IMG/VR virus record: IMGVR_UViG_2788500025_000001
Span: 100,163-141,282 of that record
Strand: one strand, 5' to 3'
DNA length: 41,120 nucleotides
From: a virus
The number at the start of each line of letters is the position of its first letter. Within the stretch, counting starts at the first letter, position 1. A model generated the notes under the pieces. That model did no database searches. It saw only the letters and a list, made by a program, of their open reading frames with translations, and was not told the DNA's origin. Positions 8,327 to 16,800 of the stretch are shown piece by piece. Position numbers and translations under genes: made by a program.

Positions 8327-10117
8327 GTGGCTGCCAACCTCGTCCAACTCGTTGCTCGGTACTTGAAGCAGGCTGACCTGAACCCCGCGCTGGGGCATCC
8401 GGGTGGCTCTTGCTACCTCCAACGACGTGTCCGTGAGACGGTTCGGAACCAGAAGGTCCAAAACTACCTGATGCGGCAGTACCAGGACGGCCAGAAGTGG
8501 AAACGTAAGGAAGAGGAGGCCATCTACAAGGACGACTACTCCATCGGAAAGGTTGGGACTTCCTTCCCTGAGATCCTGCTCAGAAGCCACGCACAGCACC
8601 GCATGGACTTGCGCGGGGTCACCGTCAAGGACATCAAGAAAGCCTTCCACGGCTGGAACCAGGAGATGGCGAACGCCCGTTCCGATGGGTACACCACCGG
8701 GTTCCAACGGAGGCTCATGGACTCCAAGGGGTCTCCTGGCGGCACCTGGTTCGATGCGAAGAACGGCTTGAGGTTGTCCCTGAGGCTTCTCAGGGAAGGC
8801 GTGGTCCGCAAAGGCAAGCGGCAGATCCCCACGTTCAAGGTGCGTGTTGAGACTGCTGTGTGGCCTGGATTGAGGACCCCCGACGTGGTTCCCGAGTCCC
8901 AGTGTTCGCACGCGGCAGGGCTGCCCGAGCCAGAGTGGTCTCGTGAGTACCCGGAGCATGGCCTGGACCGCATTCTGCCGAAGCGTGTTGCTGCAAGATA
9001 CGCGGCGCTCCGACAAGACCCCATCCCCGGCTACCAGACCTATGTGTCCCAGAAGTCCTGGGAGGGTCAATCCAATGATGCTGGGGACACGAACCCCACG
9101 GCACTTCCTCTCCCTGGATCCGCTACTCCTGGAGGGGCAGGCCGGGTGATCCCGCAGTTTTCCTACAACGGCCCTGGCCCGGACTCGGACATCAAGCCCC
9201 GGACACTGGGACTGCCCGGCGAGCAGTACGGGAACCCGTCGAACAACACCTACCAGACAGTGGACCGCAGGATCATCGAGAGCAGCGAGGCTGACTCCGA
9301 GGGTGATCTCGACGAGCCGATGGACAAGCAGGCGTACCGCCCGAAGTGGCGGCCTGGCAAGTACCAACGCAAGAGCCGTGGGCGCACGAAGCACAAGCGC
9401 CAGATGTACTACCGCCGAAACAAGGCGAAGAACAAGATGAAGGCGAAGCGGTGGCGGGTACGAAACTCGCGGAAGCCTGCCTACAAGCAGTGGCAAAAGA
9501 GGAGGCGCAGCATGAACCGCAAGCGCAGAGTGGCGAGTACGTTGCGGGTGGTGAATGCCTACATGCAGCGCATGGGGTCAGTGTTGACTGTCCCGGACAT
9601 CGCGTTCCAGATCGGACCTGAGATGCTGGGCGGCTACGTCCACTCTGTCTCCCCCATGAGCGGGATGGTGACCATCGAGTTGGACGAGACGAACGTGAGC
9701 CAGTTGGACTCGTTGCCGGTCGAGTTGTTTCTCCGCATGGCTGTTTTCTCGTCCGACGAGGACATCGACGCCTTCTTCAACCTGGTGGACGTGGAGATCG
9801 GACCCGAAGCCTACGAAGACCTTGACGAGAGCCTGGTGCGTGAGTGCGCCCAGCGGTACGACCGTGATCCCGACTCGGATTCCTTCAAGGAGGACTGCTT
9901 CGGTGTGTCGGGTGAGTACGACCTGGGCTCCATGGGCGCGGACCAGATGGAGTCCGTCGTCAAGATGGTCCTGGACGGCTACATGCAGAGCGGCGATGCC
10001 AGGGACTTCACGATGGGCCTGGACGGTGACGAGAGGTCCCAGAAAGACGCCGACAACCCCGAAATCCCCGAAGACTACGACCCCGGTCTGTACTACGGTG
10101 AGGTCAAGCGTGGCTGA
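8327..10117 (+). CDS. Modular protein (596 aa): DUF4258/RelE-like segment, Pro/Gly linker, very basic segment, acidic C-domain; candidate internal head protein
   Basis: GTG start with SD GGAG; SHAQHRMDLRGVTVKDI motif; Arg/Lys-rich block at about 9335-9530; RVAxRY-like motifs at segment borders. Confidence 0.7.
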   Translation: MAANLVQLVARYLKQADLNPALGHPGGSCYLQRRVRETVRNQKVQNYLMRQYQDGQKWKRKEEEAIYKDDYSIGKVGTSFPEILLRSHAQHRMDLRGVTVKDIKKAFHGWNQEMANARSDGYTTGFQRRLMDSKGSPGGTWFDAKNGLRLSLRLLREGVVRKGKRQIPTFKVRVETAVWPGLRTPDVVPESQCSHAAGLPEPEWSREYPEHGLDRILPKRVAARYAALRQDPIPGYQTYVSQKSWEGQSNDAGDTNPTALPLPGSATPGGAGRVIPQFSYNGPGPDSDIKPRTLGLPGEQYGNPSNNTYQTVDRRIIESSEADSEGDLDEPMDKQAYRPKWRPGKYQRKSRGRTKHKRQMYYRRNKAKNKMKAKRWRVRNSRKPAYKQWQKRRRSMNRKRRVASTLRVVNAYMQRMGSVLTVPDIAFQIGPEMLGGYVHSVSPMSGMVTIELDETNVSQLDSLPVELFLRMAVFSSDEDIDAFFNLVDVEIGPEAYEDLDESLVRECAQRYDRDPDSDSFKEDCFGVSGEYDLGSMGADQMESVVKMVLDGYMQSGDARDFTMGLDGDERSQKDADNPEIPEDYDPGLYYGEVKRG

Positions 10118-11216
10118 TGAGGCCCCCTCGGCAACCCGCGTGGCTGCCTTGTTTCTGGCCTACGGGAGAGGTGACTTCAGACCACCGTCTCAACCGGGAG
10201 GTCAGAACAACCGTCCCCAACGACAGCAGATACCTGAGTTGCGGAAGAAGCGGCAGAAGGAGCATCGTCGGAACAGGGCCAGGGACAACCGTGCCGCCAG
10301 GAAGCGATACCACGCTATCTACAAACGCAGACCGCAGATGAAGAAGCGGCAGGTGCTGTACCGGAAGAACCCTAACAAGTACAACCGCAAGGGTCCTCGC
10401 AGGTACGAACGCCCCGACGCCAAGAGGGTCATGGCTCGGTTTCTGGAGGCCGGGGCGGTGATGTTGTACGACCAGCAGAACCCGGCCAACAACGAGATCA
10501 AGAACCCAGGCAAGGACGTCAACTACCGTGCTGTGGGGCCAACTACCTGGACCATGTCTCCTGATGAGCGGGGCGGGGTCGAGCCTGGCGCTGGGATCAA
10601 CGACCAGACTAAGGACGCACCGCCCGCTTCGTCGAGGGTGATCCCCGACCAGATGAAGCAGACGCTCCAGGACAACCTCACCTACGTCCGGGCCTCCCGT
10701 ACCGCAGCCGCCAAGATCGATGAGATCATGGGCAAGTGCGGGCCGTTGATCGTTCAGCGGTCTGGGTCCATTCAGTTTCGTCGCAAGAGGATCCTCCCGA
10801 AGCATGGGATGTTGATCTACGAGGTCCAGGGCTCAGTGGGTGGTGTTTCAGACGGCAAGACCTACACAGTCAGGATCAAGGCCGACCGCCGCGACAAGCG
10901 CGTCAAGGCGTTGGCGAAGATGCCCGTCAAGGTGTCCTGCTCGTGCCCCTACTTCCGTTGGCAGGGTCCTGAGCACTGGGCGAAGACCAACGGCTATCTC
11001 TATGGCAGACCTGTGGGCACAGCCTCAAAGCCGGTCATCAAGGATCCGAAGGGCAAGCATTGGGTGTGCAAGCATGTCTATGCCATCCTCAACGCGAAGA
11101 AGCGGCTGCGCTTTGCGAGCGAGGGAGGCACTCTTGACCCAATCGACACGCTTGACCTCAGCCCGTTGTCTGACCCCGTGCGTGTGGCGTACCGCTACGC
11201 CAGGAAGACCTCGTGA
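10110..11216 (+). CDS. Modular protein (368 aa): basic segment plus SWIM-type zinc finger
   Basis: GTG 10110 with SD GAGGT overlaps the previous stop (track start 9822 is an unlikely extension); VSCSCPYF...WVCKHVYAIL fits CxC...CxH. Confidence 0.75.
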   Translation: MADEAPSATRVAALFLAYGRGDFRPPSQPGGQNNRPQRQQIPELRKKRQKEHRRNRARDNRAARKRYHAIYKRRPQMKKRQVLYRKNPNKYNRKGPRRYERPDAKRVMARFLEAGAVMLYDQQNPANNEIKNPGKDVNYRAVGPTTWTMSPDERGGVEPGAGINDQTKDAPPASSRVIPDQMKQTLQDNLTYVRASRTAAAKIDEIMGKCGPLIVQRSGSIQFRRKRILPKHGMLIYEVQGSVGGVSDGKTYTVRIKADRRDKRVKALAKMPVKVSCSCPYFRWQGPEHWAKTNGYLYGRPVGTASKPVIKDPKGKHWVCKHVYAILNAKKRLRFASEGGTLDPIDTLDLSPLSDPVRVAYRYARKTS

Positions 11217-11219
11217 CCT

Positions 11220-11423
11220 ATGGGCTCTCGGTGCCAACACTGTGGAGGGTACGGCTACTGCCAGGTCTATGTGGGCCGCGTGATCCGCGTCTTCTGCGAC
11301 TGCGAGGCGGGCGACGACCGAGTGGAGTCTCACCAGGAAGCCTTGCGGGAAGCAGGGCTCGATCCGAGAGCGCCTTGTTACACCTGGACCAGGAGGTCTC
11401 AGTGCCTTCCTCGGTACGGTTGA
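11220..11423 (+). CDS. Small zinc-finger protein (67 aa)
   Basis: CQHCGGYG...FCDCEAG; starts 3 nt after the previous stop. Confidence 0.65.
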   Translation: MGSRCQHCGGYGYCQVYVGRVIRVFCDCEAGDDRVESHQEALREAGLDPRAPCYTWTRRSQCLPRYG

Positions 11424-11524
11424 TGCCCCCAGCCACCCCTACTTCGGAGCCTTGTCCGGTTTGCGAGTGTGATCCTTGCGACTGCGACTGGGGGTGCTCC
11501 ACTCGTCCCACACAGGCAGTGTGA
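11423..11524 (+). CDS. Cys-rich micropeptide (33 aa)
   Basis: TGATG coupling; MPPATPTSEPCPVCECDPCDCDWGCSTRPTQAV. Confidence 0.45.
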   Translation: MPPATPTSEPCPVCECDPCDCDWGCSTRPTQAV

Positions 11525-11593
11525 ACTCACCGCACACCTTCTCCTTGCCGGGGGGTCGAGGTTTCTCAGTCGGTCGGCCCCATTCGTCGCGCC

Positions 11594-11920
11594 TCATTCG
11601 CTTTCCTCCAGCATCTTCTTCGCCGCCCCCTCGTGTGGCAGCCGTGGTGTGGCGGCATCCAACAGCGAGACGCCTTTGAGGGCTGCTTTCATCTCGTTGA
11701 AGGCTCGCTTGTAGTCCGGCTCGTAGCGCAACTCGGTCTTCCCGCTGTGGCCGTGGATCGCCTGCACTTCGCCCACGCTGTCGTAGACCGTGACGCTGGG
11801 GTGCTCGGACAACCAAAACAACGCTGCCTTGCCGTTGTCCGCGACGAATCCCTGTGCGACACGTCCCGTCCCGCTGATGCCGGACTCGTCTTCGATCCGG
11901 TAGAGGTAGAACGACTTCAT
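11594..11920 (-). CDS. Conserved phage hypothetical protein
   Basis: ATG 11920 with SD GGAG; EDESGISGTGRVAQG...IHGHSGKT resembles a widespread small phage protein family (from recall). Confidence 0.75.
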   Translation of the reverse strand: MKSFYLYRIEDESGISGTGRVAQGFVADNGKAALFWLSEHPSVTVYDSVGEVQAIHGHSGKTELRYEPDYKRAFNEMKAALKGVSLLDAATPRLPHEGAAKKMLEESE

Positions 11921-11959
11921 ACTGTCTCCCTGGTGGGGTTTCACTCACCAACAGGGTTT

Positions 11960-11974
11960 ATAGTCAGAGCAACG
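11960..11974 (-). promoter_or_regulatory. Putative late promoter motif
   Basis: CGTTGCTCTGACTAT on -, about 40 nt before ATG 11920. Confidence 0.55.
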
Positions 11975-12386
11975 TGCTCGTGAACGGGTACTCCTCGGCG
12001 TCCTGTGCGGTCCAGGGGAAATCCGGTAGGAACTCGTAACCTTCATCGGAGAGGACGATGGTGGCGTTGGTGAGGGCGTCTGCGGAGTTCGGGAAGGGTC
12101 CGACCTCCGAGCCGTCTGCCAGGGTCACCCACCAACCATCGCTGGAGTGGAACACTTCCGCAAGGGGATCAACCTGGGCGTCCGGCTTGATCTTCTCGGT
12201 CGGGAACCGTTGGTACTCCCGCATCGAGAGGATCACGAAACCACCCCCTGTCCGGGGGATGGGGGGTGGCACGAGACCTCGGTTGAAGGGTTTTTGACGC
12301 CGCGCCAACTCACGCTCCGCGATGGCCCGGTTCAACGGATCGTCCAACACCGCAGCCATCGTGATGTAGCGTTCACTGGGAGGCAT
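11964..12386 (-). CDS. Hypothetical protein (140 aa)
   Basis: SD AGGAGG; in tandem with neighbours on -. Confidence 0.7.
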   Translation of the reverse strand: MPPSERYITMAAVLDDPLNRAIAERELARRQKPFNRGLVPPPIPRTGGGFVILSMREYQRFPTEKIKPDAQVDPLAEVFHSSDGWWVTLADGSEVGPFPNSADALTNATIVLSDEGYEFLPDFPWTAQDAEEYPFTSTLL

Positions 12387-12394
12387 CGCCCCTC

Positions 12395-12661
12395 CTACCG
12401 ATTGGAGACGAAGACGTTGAGTTCCTTCGCCGTCGAGATCACGTCTGCGACGGTGTAGGAGCCCGGCACGAAGCCATCCAGGTTGCCGTCGTTGGTGGCC
12501 GCATGGCCTTCTCGGGCGAGGTGGATGTTCATCTCCAGGATGTCCTTTGCCAGGTGCAGCAGGTCAAAGCGCAACTGAAAAGGGTTGGACCGCTTGCTGA
12601 GTGCGGCGGCGACTTCTGCGTTAATCGCAGCAGTCTGGTCGTTGGGGGTCTGAGAAGCCAT
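12395..12661 (-). CDS. Phage hypothetical protein (88 aa)
   Basis: ATG 12661 with SD AGGAGG; NPFQLRFDLLHLAKDIL...DVISTAKELNVFV resembles a small protein seen in large myoviruses. Confidence 0.75.
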   Translation of the reverse strand: MASQTPNDQTAAINAEVAAALSKRSNPFQLRFDLLHLAKDILEMNIHLAREGHAATNDGNLDGFVPGSYTVADVISTAKELNVFVSNR

Positions 12662-12722
12662 GGCTTCCTCCTGTGTTGTGTGTGTACGCCGACCGGATGG
12701 CCGACGCTTCACCCTACCCCTT

Positions 12723-12881
12723 CTACGCCGCCTTCTCCTCGTCGGGAACGGAGATACTGGTGCCATCCGTAGCCTCAATGCGCTGCACCGAGTGTCCTGC
12801 TTCGCGCAGAACCTCGACGGCCCGCTCCAGGGTCCATCCTTCGGGGAGAGGGACCTTGCCTATGTTCGTGTAGATGACCAT
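12723..12881 (-). CDS. Small hypothetical protein (52 aa)
   Basis: Not in track. SD GGAGG; MVIYTNIGKVPLPEGWTLERAVEVLREAGHSVQRIEATDGTSISVPDEEKAA. Confidence 0.65.
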   Translation of the reverse strand: MVIYTNIGKVPLPEGWTLERAVEVLREAGHSVQRIEATDGTSISVPDEEKAA

Positions 12882-12945
12882 ACAACCTCCGTGTCCTGTA
12901 GTACGCGATTGGAGAGGATCACTACCGGCCTGAGGCCCTTTGTTC

Positions 12946-12960
12946 CGGTGGCTCTCCTAT
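12946..12960 (+). promoter_or_regulatory. Putative late promoter motif
   Basis: CGGTGGCTCTCCTAT about 41 nt before ATG 13001. Confidence 0.7.
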
Positions 12961-13000
12961 ACCCATCTGGGGGTAGGGTCGATCATCGAGGAGACACGGC

Positions 13001-13852
13001 ATGGCAGCAGAAATCCGCAGCGAGGTGATTGCTCCCGTCGTCAAAGCGGCGGTTGACAACGCGAGTCGGAATGACCTCGCCGTCAATGATGTCGTGCAAC
13101 TCACTGCCATCGGTGGAGGCACCACCTTCCAGTGGACGTTGGTGTTCGTCCCCGAAGGCAGCACCGCAGTCTTGACCCCAGCAGCCGCAGCGACGACGGC
13201 TGGTCCGGCCACATTCACCGTGGACAAGGTTGGACCGTACCTGGTTCGCCTGGTGGTGGATGCTGGCCTGGCGACCGAAAGCACGCAGTACGTTCGGCTC
13301 CGGGCGTTGACCACGACCCTGGGTTTGCACCTGGTCGCCGCAGGTGAGCGCCGGGACAGCAGCGGCGTGATCCCGGTCGATGTGGACATCGAAGGTTGGG
13401 CGAACGAACAGAACGCCAATCTGCTTGCCCTGGAAAACTCCAGCACATCGCGGGACTACCACATCAAGTGGTTGGGGACTCTCAACACTGCCGGAAGCAC
13501 CCCAGCCACCGCTGTCACCGGGGAGAAGCAGGCAGACAACACAGTCTACTACCGGGGCTGGTGTCCAGACGCCGCCACCCTACTGGGAGTCACGGTCTAC
13601 ATGGGAAGCCTCAACACTCAAGGCAACTACAGCCTCGACATCACCAACGTCGCCACGGCGGCCAGTTGCTTGAATGCGGTCGAAGACATGAACGCCCTGG
13701 TGGCCTCAACAGTCACAGACGTTTCGCTCACAGGGGTTCCCGCAGACCTCTCATTCGCCTCCAACGGTGTCTGGGAGATCACCCTTACGTCCGACGACGC
13801 CGGGTTCGACGGGGCTGAGGTCTACATCAACTTGCGCTTCGGGGTGTCCTGA
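13001..13852 (+). CDS. Short virion appendage protein: PKD/Ig-like N-terminal anchor plus small beta-sandwich
   Basis: N-terminal ~145 aa is paralogous to that of the next gene (PEGSTAV, TFTVD..GPYL.RL, VRLRALT, LVAAGER, GWA.EQN.NL). Confidence 0.7.
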   Translation: MAAEIRSEVIAPVVKAAVDNASRNDLAVNDVVQLTAIGGGTTFQWTLVFVPEGSTAVLTPAAAATTAGPATFTVDKVGPYLVRLVVDAGLATESTQYVRLRALTTTLGLHLVAAGERRDSSGVIPVDVDIEGWANEQNANLLALENSSTSRDYHIKWLGTLNTAGSTPATAVTGEKQADNTVYYRGWCPDAATLLGVTVYMGSLNTQGNYSLDITNVATAASCLNAVEDMNALVASTVTDVSLTGVPADLSFASNGVWEITLTSDDAGFDGAEVYINLRFGVS

Positions 13853-16800
13853 TGGCTATTGCAGAAATCCGAAGTCTCCGAAACGGCGTTGATCCCGAAG
13901 ATGGGGTGAGCCGTGATGATCTCGTCATCGGTGACGTAGTCGAAGTCCAGTCCATCAACACAGGGATCCAGTACGCCTGGAGTATCGCCTTCAAGCCCGA
14001 AGGCTCGACGGCAGTCTTCTCTACGACGGGGACGGAGCAGGCGGTATCTCAGAACCCCGGCACGTTCACTGTGGACGTGGACGGGCCGTACTTGATCCGG
14101 CTCGCATTCATGGATGCGACGGGAACCACCGAGCAGTTTGTCCGGCTCCGGGCGCTCACGGCGTTCGGTGATCTCAAGTTGGTCGCTGCTGGGGAACGCT
14201 ACGACACAATGAGTGTCCCCGTGGACCTTGCCTTCGACGGGTGGGCGGACGAGCAAAACTTCAACCTCAACACGCTCCTGAGCCTGGTGAAGACAACGAC
14301 CACCTCCGGGCGAGTGGTTTACGTTGACCCCGACGCAGGGGACTACACCACCATCCAGGCGGCCATCGGCTACGCGGTGAGTCAGGGGCCTACCTCTGCC
14401 CAGCAGTGGGTCGTCCTGGTCCGCCCCGGCACTTACACGGAAGACCTGACCTTTGCCCCCTACGTCCATGTCTTTGGCTGGCCAGGCGGGCGTGAGACCG
14501 AGATCGTGAAGGTGCGGAATGCCACCAACGCGGGGCACACCATCAACCTTCCGGGTGCGGGAGAGAATGTCGCACTGGCTGACATTTCCTTTCAGCAGCC
14601 CATCACATCCCCCAACGCCGCGTTCATCCAGACGGGTGCGGGGGCCGTTCGCGTGTTTCGTTGTACGCTGGAAGCACAGGGGAACACAGGCGAGGTGTGG
14701 TCTACTCAGGGGCCGACGTACTTCACGGAGTGCATCGTCAACGGAAACGGGGTCAACCCCACGGACTATGCCCTCCGCACGACGAGCCTTCTGGTCCTCA
14801 ACCATTCATTCGTGAACGGGATGTCCTGTGTCCTCGCAGACACCGGCACCGTCTATGCGAAGGACACCCGCTTCACCCCTACCGGCACCTACGCGATCAA
14901 CACCAACGCCTCCCTTGTTCGCCTTCAATGGTGTCGGGTCAGTGGTCTGATTGCGGCCAACCCCAGTGGGGCAGGGGCTGGGGGAGACCTGACCGTCGAG
15001 GCTGAGTGGTCTACTCTCCAGGACATCACCATCGACGGCAACGCGGTGGGAGGGACGGCCCAGATTCTGCTCGGCTCGGCTTCGCACGGCACTGTGACTC
15101 CCATCAACGGGGCCACGGTCGCAGCGACGGTTCCGTCAGACACCAACTTCTACGACAACACGACGACTGGCCTGACTGCCGAGAATGTGCAGGCGGCTCT
15201 CGATGAGATCTACGCCTACGCGGAGGCTGTCCGCACCCTTGATGACGCCTATGATGGGGGATTGCCCGGCAGCGGCTCCGGTCGCACCATCGTCGCTGAC
15301 GCGGGTGCCGTCCAGATCACAGACGGACCCGCACCTTCGGACCCGCCTCCACCCAGCAACACGAACGGCAACCTGAACGTAGTCGGCGCAGTGAATCTCG
15401 GAGCCATCGACAAGCCTGAGATCAACCTCAACCCCAACCCCTTCGACAACGGCCCCATGGTCCTTTTGGGCCATGAGGTCTGGGCCAACGACGCACCCTA
15501 CGGCGGCACGGCCTGGATCATGGGCAACGCTACGGGCCTTCCACAGGACCACAACTACAACCTGGTCCTCGGAACCATGTCCGCCCAGCAGGGCACCACT
15601 ACCGGGCGTGTGATCCTGATGGGTGGGGACGCGGTGTCTGCCGTGGACGCTGCAACCGTGTTCATCCAGGGCGGTACGGCGCAGAACGGAGGTGGCGGTG
15701 CCGCAGGGGACATCTACCTGGCCCCCGGACAGTCCGCCGCCGGTGCAGCCGGTCAGGTGATCCTCGTGGACCAGTCCACAGGCACAGGTGCGACCCTCAC
15801 TGCTGCTGGGGCCTTTGTGAACCCCATGGTCGCAAGCACCGTGACCTTCGGGACCAATGAGGGGGCTATCCAAGTCACCTTCGCAGGCGGTGAGAACCTG
15901 GCTGCGGTACAAGCACTGTTCGATGCCACGGGCGTCGTCACGGCAGCCGGTGATCCCATCGTCCTGACCACAGCGGCGAAGGGGCCAACCGCAGAGATCT
16001 ACTTCCTGGGCGAGAGCGTGGCTGGGGCAGACACCGCCCTCGGCGGGTTCAACGGACAGGCCATGGTGCCTGGAACCTGGCCCAGCGCGATGGGCATCGC
16101 ACTCACTGGACCCGACGAGATCACGTTCGGAGTGGGTGACCCCAACCCGATGATCTACGATTCCGGCACCGGCAAACTCACCGTGCCTGGTCTGATTGAC
16201 CCCACGGGAATGATCTTCGACGAGGCAGTCAAGCCTCCGACCGGCGCAAACAAGGGTGCCTTCTTCGTGTCGAACACCACGGGTGGCGGCCTGACCCGGA
16301 ACAAGCCCTACTACGTCGATGAAAACGGCGTGACCACAGAACTCGGCGGTGGCGGCGGTGGCGGTGGCGATGTGGTGGGTCCTGGTGCGGCTACCGACGA
16401 GGCTCTTGTTCGCTTCGACGGGGCTACGGGCAAGTTGGTTCAGAACAGCAACGCTTTGCTGGATGACATAGGCAATCTCACCCTTGCCGCTGACCTTTCA
16501 GTAATCAAAACTGTTACCGGGTCTCCCGCTGGGGATGCTTTCGTTCGGCTGGGTCGTGTGGATGATACGTCGGACTGCTCTATCCTCTTCCAATCCGGTG
16601 GTGGGACGCAGTGGGTGACGGGTCTTCGGGCTTCAAGCGATGACTACACTATCAGTTCAAACTCCGGTAGTAACCAGCGTCTGAAGGTTGACACCACGGG
16701 AGTGGTGACGTTCAACGACGCCTTTTCCTTCCCCAGCGCGGACGGAGGGGCCAACCAGGTCCTCCAGACAGATGGTGCCGGGAGCATCACATGGGCGGCT

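Noticed and set aside
9822-10109. N-terminal extension of the 464-aa track ORF
   Set aside because: It overlaps the 596-aa gene with off-frame-like composition; GTG 10110 has an SD and couples to the upstream stop.
12908-12927. Possible minus-strand promoter motif upstream of 12881
   Set aside because: CGGTAGTGATCCTCTCCAAT does not fit the 7-nt spacing, so it was not counted.
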